Positions 1 to 9,391 of a stretch of 32,000 nt of DNA are shown one piece after another. This DNA comes from an uncultured archaeon. GTDB lineage: Archaea; Asgardarchaeota; Thorarchaeia; Thorarchaeales; Thorarchaeaceae. The notes beneath the pieces are model-generated. The model was not told the DNA's origin. It ran no database searches and worked only from the letters and a program-made list of their open reading frames with translations. Each line of letters begins with the position of its first letter. The stretch's first letter is position 1. The position numbers were made by a program, and so were the translations under genes. The stretch lies in contig CAYHAA010000007.1 in assembly GCA_964354495.1 (NCBI GenBank), positions 1 to 32,000 of the forward strand, written 5' to 3'.

Positions 1-563
1 TCGCCCTCTTCGACTATCTCAATCTCTTGCACACCTACGCGTTCAGCATCGTATCTTCGTGCAAGAATGTTACCATCGAACCTTTCTCTGGCTGAGGCGC
101 TCTTGCCTCGCCAAACCCAGATGCTATCCCATCCATCGAGAATAAAGACGTCCTCGGATTTGAGAGAGTTCTTATTGAGGGGGACCTCTGCGAAGAATGT
201 CTCATCTCCACTATGATGCACCTTCCAGAGCTTGTGCTCATGGGTCTTGAGTTGGACTTTCCTCAGGATTCCCTCGGTGTCTTGGTCAGTGAGTTGAAAG
301 TTGCTGAAGAGAGCCTTGAACTCAGGGGGTTCATGGCCTCCCTCGATACGGTCTATGTCTGCCTTTCCCTTTCGCTCTGTGTCGCGCATTACTGCAGTTG
401 CTGCAGTCAAGAATTTCTCATCAGCAGTCGACTTCGGTCCTATCCAGAGGTAGATTTTTGGTCCTGCATCCACAAGGTAGCAGTCTCCTCTTCCGAATGT
501 ACCGGGATTTGGTATCTTGACAAGCCGACCTTTCTGAATGTGATAGACTATTATAGGTTTCAT
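1..563 (-). CDS. Two-domain gelsolin-like actin regulator (Asgard 2DGel type), 3'-truncated by the window edge
   Basis: Not in the ORF track. Manual translation from ATG 563: MKPIIVYHIQKGRLVKIPNPGTFGRGDCYLVDAGPKIYLWIGPKSTADEKF...SLKSEDVFILDGWDSIWVWRGKSASARERF...; two gelsolin-repeat signatures (DCYLVD...IYLWIG; DVFILD...IWVWRG); frame open to position 1. Confidence 0.9.
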   Translation of the reverse strand, partial: MKPIIVYHIQKGRLVKIPNPGTFGRGDCYLVDAGPKIYLWIGPKSTADEKFLTAATAVMRDTERKGKADIDRIEGGHEPPEFKALFSNFQLTDQDTEGILRKVQLKTHEHKLWKVHHSGDETFFAEVPLNKNSLKSEDVFILDGWDSIWVWRGKSASARERFDGNILARRYDAERVGVQEIEIVEEG

Positions 564-709
564 GAAATTGCATGCCCATTATTTGTTACTAAAACTATCG
601 TGTTGGTTCTCTTGGCTTTCCCTATTGTCTGTAATAGTGATCTCTGAATGCAATGCTCTGTTGATACATACTCTTCTTATTGGTTGAATGCACACCGGAA
701 TCTAACAAT

Positions 710-1513
710 ATGCCCGAACTTCCAGAGCTTCAAGTGATAAGTGAACGTTTGACAGACCTGTTGAAGGGTCATAGTATAACCAAGGTTTCAGTTCATAGTC
801 ACATTGTTGTACATGGACGAACTGTCGAAGACTTTTCCAGCACGGCAATTGGTGAAACGTTTGAGAGAGTCGAGGCTGATGGAAAATTCCTGATTCTCGC
901 GCTCAATCAACATGACATAGTCATCAATCCCATGTTAACGGGACGATTCAGAGTCTTTGAAAGATACAGAAAGCCTGCAAGTATAGATATGGTTTCAATC
1001 CAAACAGATGGTCCTGCACTTTGGTATTCTGATACAAAAAAGATGGGAAGAGTGTACCTCGTTCCCAAGGGTGATTATTCCATTGTGGCTGGCTTTGCAG
1101 GTCGTGGCCCCTCAGCTCTTGACCCTTCTCTGACGCTCGAGGCTTTCATGCAACGTCTGAGGCTTCATAATGGTCAGATAAAGAATGTACTGCGTAATCA
1201 GCGGTTCGTGAAGGGCATAGGGAACGCCTATGCCGATGAGATACTGCTGTATGCGGCAATCCTTCCCTTCAGGAGACGGTCTTCCTTGAGCCGTCAAGAA
1301 ACAGAGCAACTCTACCATTCGATGAGGAATGTTCTGACTCGCATCCTAGAGATCCTCGCTCAGAAATCACTCGATGAGATATCCAAGGAGAAACGCGACT
1401 TTCTGATGATTCACAACAAGGGCGGCGGAATCTGTCCCCTCTGCGGCGGACGAGTCTCTGAGGTGCACGCAAATCGTTTCAAGACAAACTACTGCCAGAA
1501 CTGCCAGAAATAA
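710..1513 (+). CDS. mutM: Fpg/Nei-family DNA glycosylase/AP lyase (MutM-like)
   Basis: N-terminal MPELPE (catalytic Pro2/Glu3), GKFL, H2TH motif LRNQRFVKGIGNAYADEIL, C-terminal zinc finger CPLCG...YCQNCQ; start placed at ATG 710. Confidence 0.92.
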   Translation: MPELPELQVISERLTDLLKGHSITKVSVHSHIVVHGRTVEDFSSTAIGETFERVEADGKFLILALNQHDIVINPMLTGRFRVFERYRKPASIDMVSIQTDGPALWYSDTKKMGRVYLVPKGDYSIVAGFAGRGPSALDPSLTLEAFMQRLRLHNGQIKNVLRNQRFVKGIGNAYADEILLYAAILPFRRRSSLSRQETEQLYHSMRNVLTRILEILAQKSLDEISKEKRDFLMIHNKGGGICPLCGGRVSEVHANRFKTNYCQNCQK

Positions 1514-1581
1514 CCTCGTGTCATAATACTAATCAGGTAGCATGTATGTACATTCTAGCAATACGCGGGAGACAAATAGAG

Positions 1582-2763
1582 ATGGACAAGTGGGAAGAGG
1601 CTTTTCTTCGAGAACTAGTCGAACTCGACACCAACAGCGATGAAAAGAAGAATTACCAGAAGTGCGCTGAGGTGGTTAAACGGTATTGCGAAGAGGCCGG
1701 GCTCAAGGTAGAAGTCTTCGACTCCAAACACAATGGCATCCCCCAACCGAACATTGTTGCTACGATGGATGTCGGTGCAAAGACCACAGTACTTCTTTGC
1801 ACGCACTATGATATAGTACCTCCCGGGGATATTGAGGATTGGAAATACCCTCCATTCAAGCTTACAGTGAAGGGCGGCAAGGCATACGGTCGTGGTGTCA
1901 GTGATGACAAGGGGAACATTGTTGTTTCTGTGAGCGCCGCTAAAGCGCTCATTAAGAAGGGCAAAGCCAAGGTCAACTACAAGATTCTAATCAGTCCCAA
2001 TGAAGAGATTGGTGGGGTGTGGGGCATAGATTACCTCATGAACGGGCCTCCAATGATTCGTGGTGACTTTGGAATTGTCGTGGATTCTGGACCAGAGTAC
2101 GTGAGCATTGGCGCAAGCGGAGTCATCGCTGGTACGATTACTGTTCATGGAACTCAGGGGCATGCGGGGTATCCCTTCAAATTTGCCAATGCGATTCATC
2201 TCTCAGTGCCATTGATGCAGGTCATGTTGGACTATGCTGATCTGAGAAGGAAAGTTGAATCGAGGTTTCCTGCTCCTCCTGGTAGTCCACACACAACACT
2301 CTGGGGCAGGTTTTCGTTGACTGTCTACAAAGCAGGGAGCAAGACCAACACCATTCCCGGAAAGGCTGAGATCTCCTTTGACTGCAGAACCATCCCTGAG
2401 GAAGATGTTGAGGACGTTGTCAAAGACATCGCTGACTTCTTTGAAAAGGCTAAGGAGGAAACATGTGTGGATGCGACCCTCGAGTTCAAGAGCAAGCATG
2501 CTGGCTGGGGGTCGGACAAGGAAAACAAGTTCATAAAGAGATTCCATTCAAGCGTTAAACAAGTGGTCGACCCTGATATTACGACTTCTGCAGACCTGGG
2601 TGGAAATGATGGTCACTACTTCATCTCACATGGTATTCCTACAGCCTGCTTTGGCACGTTGAGGGATGACAACAATTATCACGGAATTGATGAGTTCATG
2701 CACATCGCTGACTTCGAAACCGTGAAGAAAGTATTAATTCATTTCGCGGAGACTTCTGAATAG
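1582..2763 (+). CDS. M20-family metallopeptidase/amidohydrolase (ArgE/DapE-like)
   Basis: HYDIVP, GRGVSDDKG, NEEIGG, GHAG, GNDG and NYHGIDE motifs. Confidence 0.9.
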   Translation: MDKWEEAFLRELVELDTNSDEKKNYQKCAEVVKRYCEEAGLKVEVFDSKHNGIPQPNIVATMDVGAKTTVLLCTHYDIVPPGDIEDWKYPPFKLTVKGGKAYGRGVSDDKGNIVVSVSAAKALIKKGKAKVNYKILISPNEEIGGVWGIDYLMNGPPMIRGDFGIVVDSGPEYVSIGASGVIAGTITVHGTQGHAGYPFKFANAIHLSVPLMQVMLDYADLRRKVESRFPAPPGSPHTTLWGRFSLTVYKAGSKTNTIPGKAEISFDCRTIPEEDVEDVVKDIADFFEKAKEETCVDATLEFKSKHAGWGSDKENKFIKRFHSSVKQVVDPDITTSADLGGNDGHYFISHGIPTACFGTLRDDNNYHGIDEFMHIADFETVKKVLIHFAETSE

Positions 2764-3888
2764 ATGAGAGACATACATGATCTTGAGATAGGCGCTCCAG
2801 GCCCCTTCCTTCCTCCTTGGGAGAACGCTCTGAAGAACGCCAAGACGATTGACTCCTTGGGGTATGACAGCATGGCATTCCCTGACCACTTTGCTGGTTT
2901 TATCCCTGAGAGCATCTGGACTTCTGATATAACTCCTCTAGCGTTTCTTCAGCAGTCGCCCCACACATACTACGAGTTGGCCACCATCATGGGTGCCTGT
3001 GCTGCTGTGACTGAGAGAGTCAAGTTGGTTTCCTCTGTCACTGAGCCCATCAGAAGGCATCCTGCCCTCATCGCACAGACATTTCTGACGCTGGACCATA
3101 TCAGTGGTGGAAGGGCAATCCTTGGTATTGGTGCCGGGGAGATTGAGAACACTGAACCCTACGGGCTCACCTATGGTGGGCAACTTGGTAGACTGAGAGA
3201 GGCTCTACGCATCATTCGGATGATTTGGGATACACATGCTCCCTTTGATTTTGAAGGCAAATACTGGAAGCTAAAGGATGCTGTGATATCACTACGCCCG
3301 TCTGTTGAGGGACGGCCTCCGCCAATCTGGATTGCTGCTCACGGTCCGAAGATGCTTGAGCTCGCTGCCGAGTATGGTGACGGTTGGCTCCCAACTATTC
3401 TACAACCAAAGGACTATGGAGAGCGACTCAGGACAATACAGGCCCATCGTAAGAAGAAGGACAGAACAGGTGTGTTCACACCAGCGTTGTGGAACTGGTG
3501 CATTCTTGATAATGAACCCTCTGAATGTGAGCGGATGATGAATACCCCCTTAGCCAAGGCATTTGCGCTCTTACTGCCCGCGAGTGAGTGGAAGAAACTG
3601 GGATATAATCACCCCTTCGGTAAGGCGTTCCACTCTCTCACAGATTATATTCCGATGCGCTACAATAGAGAAACAACTCTGAAAGCTATGGATGCTGTCC
3701 CACAGAGCGTCTTGGAGAACTTCTACATGATGGGTGATGCTGAATCCATGATCAAGAGACTGGAGGATTATGCGGCACAGGGTCTGAAGCATATGATCCT
3801 CTGGAATGCCACTGGTATGTTTGACCTCTCCAAGACCAAATCCTCCTATGGCGTGATGAAGGAGATTCTTTCGTATGTCAAAGGATAG
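2764..3888 (+). CDS. Luciferase-like (LLM) flavin/F420-dependent oxidoreductase
   Basis: FPDHF, VTEPIRRHPALIAQ, LDHISGGRAILGIGAGE, IWIAAHGPKML, AEYGDGW; ATG directly follows the upstream TAG. Confidence 0.88.
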   Translation: MRDIHDLEIGAPGPFLPPWENALKNAKTIDSLGYDSMAFPDHFAGFIPESIWTSDITPLAFLQQSPHTYYELATIMGACAAVTERVKLVSSVTEPIRRHPALIAQTFLTLDHISGGRAILGIGAGEIENTEPYGLTYGGQLGRLREALRIIRMIWDTHAPFDFEGKYWKLKDAVISLRPSVEGRPPPIWIAAHGPKMLELAAEYGDGWLPTILQPKDYGERLRTIQAHRKKKDRTGVFTPALWNWCILDNEPSECERMMNTPLAKAFALLLPASEWKKLGYNHPFGKAFHSLTDYIPMRYNRETTLKAMDAVPQSVLENFYMMGDAESMIKRLEDYAAQGLKHMILWNATGMFDLSKTKSSYGVMKEILSYVKG

Positions 3889-4453
3889 AATTGTCCTAGT
3901 CACACAAAACAAGCACAAGCTTGCAGAACTAAAACCCCTGTTTGCTGAGTATAAGGTTCGTTTTGATACCACTGACCTTGAGAAACTTGAGATACGATCC
4001 CAGGATGTCGAGCAGATTGCGCTGGCAGCAGCGAGGCATGCTCATGAGAGTCTGAACCGTCCTGTCGTTGTTGATGACACAGGTCTCTTTGTATCATCAC
4101 TCAGTAATTTTCCGGGTTCCTATGCTGCATATGTCTTACAGACTATTGGTTACCGCGGGATCCTCAGACTCTTGGAAGGGGTTCAAGACCGCTCCGCTAG
4201 ATTCGTGACTGCTGTTGCATTCTGTGATGAAGACACTTTGAGATCATTTGTCGGCCAGATGCCCGGAACGATCAGCCAAAGCCCCTCTGGAGAGGGTGGA
4301 TTTGGCTATGATCCAGTTTTCGTTCCGAGTGGCTTCTCTTGTACATATGCTCAGCTATCACTCTCTGAAAAAGTTCGTATCTCACATCGCACTAAGGCAT
4401 TCAGAGCATTCTTGGATTGGAAAACACGCGCACCTGATAAATGTCCACTGTAA
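3875..4453 (+). CDS. rdgB: Non-canonical purine NTP pyrophosphatase (RdgB/HAM1)
   Basis: TQNKHK, VDDTGL, FPGSY, GFGYDPVF, SHR motifs. Confidence 0.93.
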   Translation: MSKDRIVLVTQNKHKLAELKPLFAEYKVRFDTTDLEKLEIRSQDVEQIALAAARHAHESLNRPVVVDDTGLFVSSLSNFPGSYAAYVLQTIGYRGILRLLEGVQDRSARFVTAVAFCDEDTLRSFVGQMPGTISQSPSGEGGFGYDPVFVPSGFSCTYAQLSLSEKVRISHRTKAFRAFLDWKTRAPDKCPL

Positions 4454-4817
4454 AGTAGATAAAACTGGACATCAGGCCGTTCGCCCATGAACAGCACCGA
4501 GCCCGCGAGGAACATGAATAAGAACAGAGAGGAGCCTGCGGCTGGAATCAGAGAACTCTTTCAACAGATTGTAATGAAAACCAAAAAGAGATGGATTGAT
4601 CAGAGAATCTGTAAACGGGAATAATCGACATCATCTGAGATGAAACATGTTCGCATCTAGAGCAGCAAAACTGGAAATGTGGTTGCACGAAAGACACAGG
4701 GGAAGAGATACATAGTACTCCCTGTGCACACGCAACATCAAGGTGTCGCGTTCGATTGATTAGGGACTGGCTTCATAGATTAGTGGTACATTAAAGGCAT
4801 GTAAGGAATGAGTAGAC

Positions 4818-6692
4818 ATGAGTAAATCAGTACGTGGTAGGGGTTTGGCTGTAGTAATAGCTTTGCTCCTGCCTTTGGTCATTGTGGGACTTCAGCATAT
4901 TGCTATACAGCCATCAGTGTGGATTGTCTATGCTGATACGCAAGATGCAAGCATAGATCTTGCCTCTATAACGCTTTCAGATGAAATGATATCAGCAGGA
5001 TATATTGTGAAGGAAATGTCATTCATGGAAATTGACAGAATACCACTCTATTCAGATGCAATAGTGCTTATTGGTCATGGACAAGTAGAAGGGCTTGAGG
5101 TCTTGGATACAATCCTTCCATGGACCCTCGTGAATGATGTGCTAGAGGAACGAGAATCCCAAATGGTTATGTTGCTTACATGCAATTCCCCATCGGAACC
5201 AGAATCAGGTATCTTTGGATTCCCGGGACAGATTGATGCAAGAGCTGGTGCGCTGCTTACTGCTTGGAAGATACTCCAGACCTTAGCACCCCGCCAGCAA
5301 GCGAATATACCACTTGAGCTTGCAGTCGATGCGCAGATGAAGATGGAGCATCCATTGGAGAGCTATGTATACTTCCTACATGGGTACTATGGCAGTAATT
5401 CAGACTTCGATTTCATGAGGGATTATCTAGAACCATTCATAGGCAGCAGATATAGTGCTGGAACGATTGAGAACTATTCGTATTTCGAGGACTACCCTGG
5501 CTTGCCCGAGGAGTGGGTTCACACTTTCGTTGGAGGTGTATCGACCTATAGTGAGAACTTCTATAATCGGCTAATGAATAATCACACCGCAGGAACCCAG
5601 ATTGACATAGTAGCACATAGTATAGGAGGCATCATCATCCGCGAAATGTTGCGCCTGCATCGAGCAGACCTAGAATCAGCAGGGATTGAGATTGGTAGAG
5701 TTGTCACCCTCGGAACGCCGCATTACGGAACTGAGATGGCGTGTGCGAATCTTGGTGCTTTCGCTATCACTGTCTTGCTGTCACTCTTTGGAGATTGCTG
5801 GCTCACCCCCGTCTTTCTCCAAATGCATCCATATAGCCCCTTGATCATGATTTTGAACGCAGATCCTGAAAGCTACATGAGCGGAATTGAATGGTACTCT
5901 ATAAGTGGATATGATTGGTTGATTGGCAACTTACTCTATATGGGTGGAATTCTTAATGGTCCAAATGATCAATTGGTCACCATGAGTAGTGCCAGTGTTC
6001 CCCTCGCATCCGGTACAGAGTACATAAACGGCACTCACGCGATGTTAGTCAGCGACGGGCCCAGTGGAGCATCTTACCCACTTGTCAATGACTGGTTAGG
6101 TGGAGGGATAGACACCGATACCGATGGCATCATTGATGTGGAAGAACGATACATATACTATACAGATCCATATGATAGCGACAGTGACAATGATGCTCTT
6201 AGTGACTACGATGAGATATTCGTTCATGAAACAAATCCTAACGCTTGGAGCACTGATGGCGACATTCTTAGTGATTCACAAGAGATAGCTTGGGGCTATG
6301 ATCCCAATAATACGTACGACCCAATTAACGCACAGGAGCTTACCTACAGCGCGTGGCAGGTCAATGGCGTTACAGGGTATGTTCGAGCAAATCACTATGC
6401 TGCAATGGACTATGTGAAGGTCTATGTCCAATACAAGAACAGCCTGGGCTACTGGACCGCCTATTTCTATGTTGGAACTGATTATACACCCTCCTACTAT
6501 GGAGACTACTATGTGGAGTGGAGCCTTCTCCAAGGGTATGTTCAAATGCAGGTGAATGTTCAGGCATATGCTATAGAATGGGATCCAGCAATAGAACAAG
6601 ATGTCCATATCTATCTTGGTAGCGACCAGCAATACGTCACACTTCCGGGTGGTGGCGGTGGCAAGCCTGGCGGTGATCCGGTGCCAGAGTGA
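4818..6692 (+). CDS. Secreted modular protein: possible clan-CD peptidase-like domain, alpha/beta-hydrolase (lipase/PGAP1-like), TSP3-like Ca-binding repeats, Gly-rich tail
   Basis: N-terminal hydrophobic segment; FLHGYYG, AHSIGG, TLGTPHYGT, NDQLV, GTHA; DTDTDGIID, DSDNDALSD, STDGDILSD repeats; ends GGGGGKPGGDPVPE. Confidence 0.75.
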   Translation: MSKSVRGRGLAVVIALLLPLVIVGLQHIAIQPSVWIVYADTQDASIDLASITLSDEMISAGYIVKEMSFMEIDRIPLYSDAIVLIGHGQVEGLEVLDTILPWTLVNDVLEERESQMVMLLTCNSPSEPESGIFGFPGQIDARAGALLTAWKILQTLAPRQQANIPLELAVDAQMKMEHPLESYVYFLHGYYGSNSDFDFMRDYLEPFIGSRYSAGTIENYSYFEDYPGLPEEWVHTFVGGVSTYSENFYNRLMNNHTAGTQIDIVAHSIGGIIIREMLRLHRADLESAGIEIGRVVTLGTPHYGTEMACANLGAFAITVLLSLFGDCWLTPVFLQMHPYSPLIMILNADPESYMSGIEWYSISGYDWLIGNLLYMGGILNGPNDQLVTMSSASVPLASGTEYINGTHAMLVSDGPSGASYPLVNDWLGGGIDTDTDGIIDVEERYIYYTDPYDSDSDNDALSDYDEIFVHETNPNAWSTDGDILSDSQEIAWGYDPNNTYDPINAQELTYSAWQVNGVTGYVRANHYAAMDYVKVYVQYKNSLGYWTAYFYVGTDYTPSYYGDYYVEWSLLQGYVQMQVNVQAYAIEWDPAIEQDVHIYLGSDQQYVTLPGGGGGKPGGDPVPE

Positions 6693-7921
6693 TGGAACTG
6701 AAATGTGAAGGAGCTATGATGAAAGACCTTTTTGGAGGGTCAACCACTAGCCTGCTGGCTTGGGTTGTCTTCCTCTTCATCCTGACTCCATCAGTTACCG
6801 GTGTAGTCGTTCTAGGGACTGCAATTGGTGGTTCATCTTTCATCCCTGCACAGAGTGAGGCTACTTGGGAGATATTGAATCACGATTTCCTTTCCAGCGG
6901 CGCGTACACGCACGATGTTGAGTTCGTGAACGCAACACATGGGTGGGTTCTTACCCAAAATGGGTCAAGCATACGACAGGGCATGATCTTACATACAAAC
7001 GATAGTGGTGACTCTTGGTATCAGCAGTACTATAATGCTTCTCAAAGGTTTAGGCAAGTTGCTGTCATTGATAGCGAAATCCTCTGGGTGAGTGGGATAG
7101 GAGGTCTGTATCATACTGAGAATGGAGGACTCCTATGGAACAAAACGGGTATAGGCGACGACAATGACTTCTTCTACGGGATTCATTTCTTCAATAGAAC
7201 CCATGGCTGGACATCATCCCATGTAAATATGTACAAGACTACAGATGGCGGGCAGAGCTGGGAATCTGTTGAGTCTTGGGTCTTTGACAATGACTGGGGA
7301 AGAATGATACACTTCATAACTCCCCTAGAGGGGTGGGTATTAGGATTCCTCGGCATCTATCACACCGAGGATGGAGGCGATACCTGGACGAAGAAGGTGA
7401 ACAATGGGGGATGGACAATGTCATTCGTGAGTGATGCTGAGGGCTGGGCAATTGCTGATGATTGGCTCGCACATATGACAGATGGCGAAACATGGGTGGA
7501 ACAACCACTGCCCCGTACATCTCTTCTGCCTACGAGAGCACCCTATTTCTCAGACATCCTTTTCCTAGATACTGACAACGGCTGGATTGTAGGCGACGAA
7601 ACCAAGGTTGCGTATACACCCAATGGAGGCAGGGATTGGTATTCGCAATCTTTCCCGAATGATAATCGAGTATCGGCTGTGGACTTCATTAATGTCACTC
7701 ATGGCTGGGTGGTCGGAAGCGGTGGCTATATCTATCGTACCGTCAATGGTAACAGTCTTGGGATACGTCTATGGACTGGCGTGACTGACCTCATCTTTCT
7801 ATCAAGTGTGGCTGCAATAGCAGTAGTTGTTCTACTCATGGGGGTCTTCATCTGCTACCGGAAACGACGAATAGTACATAGTCTGGTTGGATTGACTTCA
7901 GATGCACCAATTATTGCATAA
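6689..7921 (+). CDS. Membrane-anchored YCF48/BNR-repeat beta-propeller protein
   Basis: Repeated F.N.THGW and T.DGG..W motifs; N-terminal hydrophobic segment; C-terminal TM followed by RKRR; many N-x-S/T sequons; 4-nt overlap with the upstream stop. Confidence 0.85.
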   Translation: MMELKCEGAMMKDLFGGSTTSLLAWVVFLFILTPSVTGVVVLGTAIGGSSFIPAQSEATWEILNHDFLSSGAYTHDVEFVNATHGWVLTQNGSSIRQGMILHTNDSGDSWYQQYYNASQRFRQVAVIDSEILWVSGIGGLYHTENGGLLWNKTGIGDDNDFFYGIHFFNRTHGWTSSHVNMYKTTDGGQSWESVESWVFDNDWGRMIHFITPLEGWVLGFLGIYHTEDGGDTWTKKVNNGGWTMSFVSDAEGWAIADDWLAHMTDGETWVEQPLPRTSLLPTRAPYFSDILFLDTDNGWIVGDETKVAYTPNGGRDWYSQSFPNDNRVSAVDFINVTHGWVVGSGGYIYRTVNGNSLGIRLWTGVTDLIFLSSVAAIAVVVLLMGVFICYRKRRIVHSLVGLTSDAPIIA

Positions 7922-8014
7922 GAACGAAATCCGAATGAATCTCCCAAGATGGAGGCCGATGATTTGTAGGATTAGTAATAGAGCAGAGTATAGGCTGTAA
8001 TCCCCTGTGCTGCC

Positions 8015-8043
8015 GGCACAACACCTGTGCCAGCGTTTTCTTT
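8015..8043 (+). terminator. Possible hairpin plus T-tract downstream of the propeller gene
   Basis: GGCACA-ACACC-TGTGCC stem-loop followed by agcgttttcttt. Confidence 0.25.
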
Positions 8044-8480
8044 GGCAGTGTTTATGGATTCGCCCGCTGAAGAAGCTGATGAGTATTATAAGATTGGCCG
8101 TTAGTTCTTCCTGAGGAGATTGGCGCCGCGTTTCGTGGTGTGTGAAAATCTGTACTCCATAGTCTGTAAGGACTCGACTTCAACCTCTGCCTGCATTCAA
8201 TAGTGAGAGCTCTGAGTTGTCTGTCAACGTCCCTGCCGGTCTTCTCACGTTGCCCTAAAACGCTGGCATAGACGGCACACATTTTCCTCTGTGGCTCAGC
8301 GATGAGTTCTGGATTTATGGTGCCAAGATGCGGGTTGACCCCAGTGAGAGAGATGCGGCGATGACCCCTAACATATCGAGTGCAATGGAACTTGCCACTG
8401 ATATCCCAGCGATGGATCGCATTGACAAGACACACCCCGTCGAAGAGGAGTCTGTGATACTGAAAACATGGATTTTCTGC
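8040..8480 (-). pseudogene. tnpA: Decayed IS607-family tnpA (MerR-type HTH plus serine recombinase) remnant
   Basis: Pieces in two frames: HRWDISGKFHCTRYVRGHRRISL (HTH), MCAVYASVLGQREKTGRDVDRQLRAL (YARVS...LDRQ-like; catalytic motif eroded) and, after a frame change, VLTDYGVQIFTHHETRRQSPQEELTANLIILISFFSGRIH (C-terminal helix); internal deletion; no tnpB follows. Confidence 0.75.
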
Positions 8481-8574
8481 AAAGGGGCATCAAGAAATAT
8501 CCGGTTTTATACAGAATTCACGTAGATGTGCCATATCCTTAAGTTGGAACACAGAAACCTCAGCTTCGGTGTTA

Positions 8575-9330
8575 ATGATGTCCGTGAGTGAGGCAACCCT
8601 GAAGGCTCTCAAGCAGCTTGGACTCACTGAGTATGAAACTCAAGCCTACTTAGCTCTGGTTGGAGGTGGCCAGATGGCTGCCTCAGATATCTCCGCAAGG
8701 TCTAAAGTGCCATTCTCGCGGATATACGATGTTCTTGGTCGGTTGGAGGAGAAGCAGTTCGTCCAAGTTCGCAAGGGCAGACCCACGTCATATGTTGCAA
8801 AGGCTCCCACAGAGGTCATGCGTCTCATCCGCCTTGAGTGGGAGGAAAGGCTGAAGGAGTCCAGCAGAGTTGTCGTTGAGGAGTTGCAGCCATTATTCGA
8901 GCAGGAGCAACACGCAACGACGCGCGATGTCTGGGTTGTTCATGGTCGTGCTTCGATACTTGCAAAGGCCATGGAGATGCTTGACTCAGCAAGAGAAGAA
9001 GTGCTTCTCTCACTGCCGTCTTTTGATCTCTCTGCAGAAGATGTGGATGCTGTTGTTGAGAGAGTCCTCGGAGTCAAAGCGAGAGTTCGAATCTTGACAT
9101 CTTCTATCACGGACACTCTCAAAGACCTAATTCCCAGTAAGTTTGAGGTGAGAACCAGAGATCGTGTTTTTGGAGCAGGCCTTGTGGTTGATCAACGAGA
9201 CACCCTGATTATGCTGCCCGGCGGAGAGCAGAATAACGGATTTCTCGGGATATATAGCAGTCACGCAATCTTCGCAGCCATGTCATCAAGCTATTTCGAA
9301 TCTCTGTGGAAAGACTCTAGGCCGATTTAG
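8575..9330 (+). CDS. TrmB-family transcriptional regulator
   Basis: LGLTEYETQAY...VPFSRIYDVLGRLEEK wHTH followed by a C-terminal effector-binding-like domain. Confidence 0.9.
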   Translation: MMSVSEATLKALKQLGLTEYETQAYLALVGGGQMAASDISARSKVPFSRIYDVLGRLEEKQFVQVRKGRPTSYVAKAPTEVMRLIRLEWEERLKESSRVVVEELQPLFEQEQHATTRDVWVVHGRASILAKAMEMLDSAREEVLLSLPSFDLSAEDVDAVVERVLGVKARVRILTSSITDTLKDLIPSKFEVRTRDRVFGAGLVVDQRDTLIMLPGGEQNNGFLGIYSSHAIFAAMSSSYFESLWKDSRPI

Positions 9331-9391
9331 GAACTTATATTCTCTGCTCCAGATAATCTAGCGTTAGTAACACTCGCTTTGAACTATCTAG

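Noticed and set aside
213-647. 144-aa plus-strand ORF and the 35-241 ORF
   Set aside because: Antisense or off-frame shadows of the gelsolin gene.
4454-4817. Intergenic region with a 45-aa ORF and a hydrophobic minus-strand stretch
   Set aside because: No recognisable motif or RNA structure; possibly a gene relic, but unsupported.
8052-8534. In-frame TGA in MAHLREFCIKPDIS*CPF, suggesting a selenoprotein
   Set aside because: The downstream frame is a decayed IS607 tnpA, so the stop is better explained as pseudogene erosion; no SECIS was identified.
8547-8560. Partial match of the orphan omegaRNA's putative guide (AACACAGAAA) near the trmB promoter
   Set aside because: Only 10 contiguous nt, with a gap in the seed; expected by chance in a window of this size.
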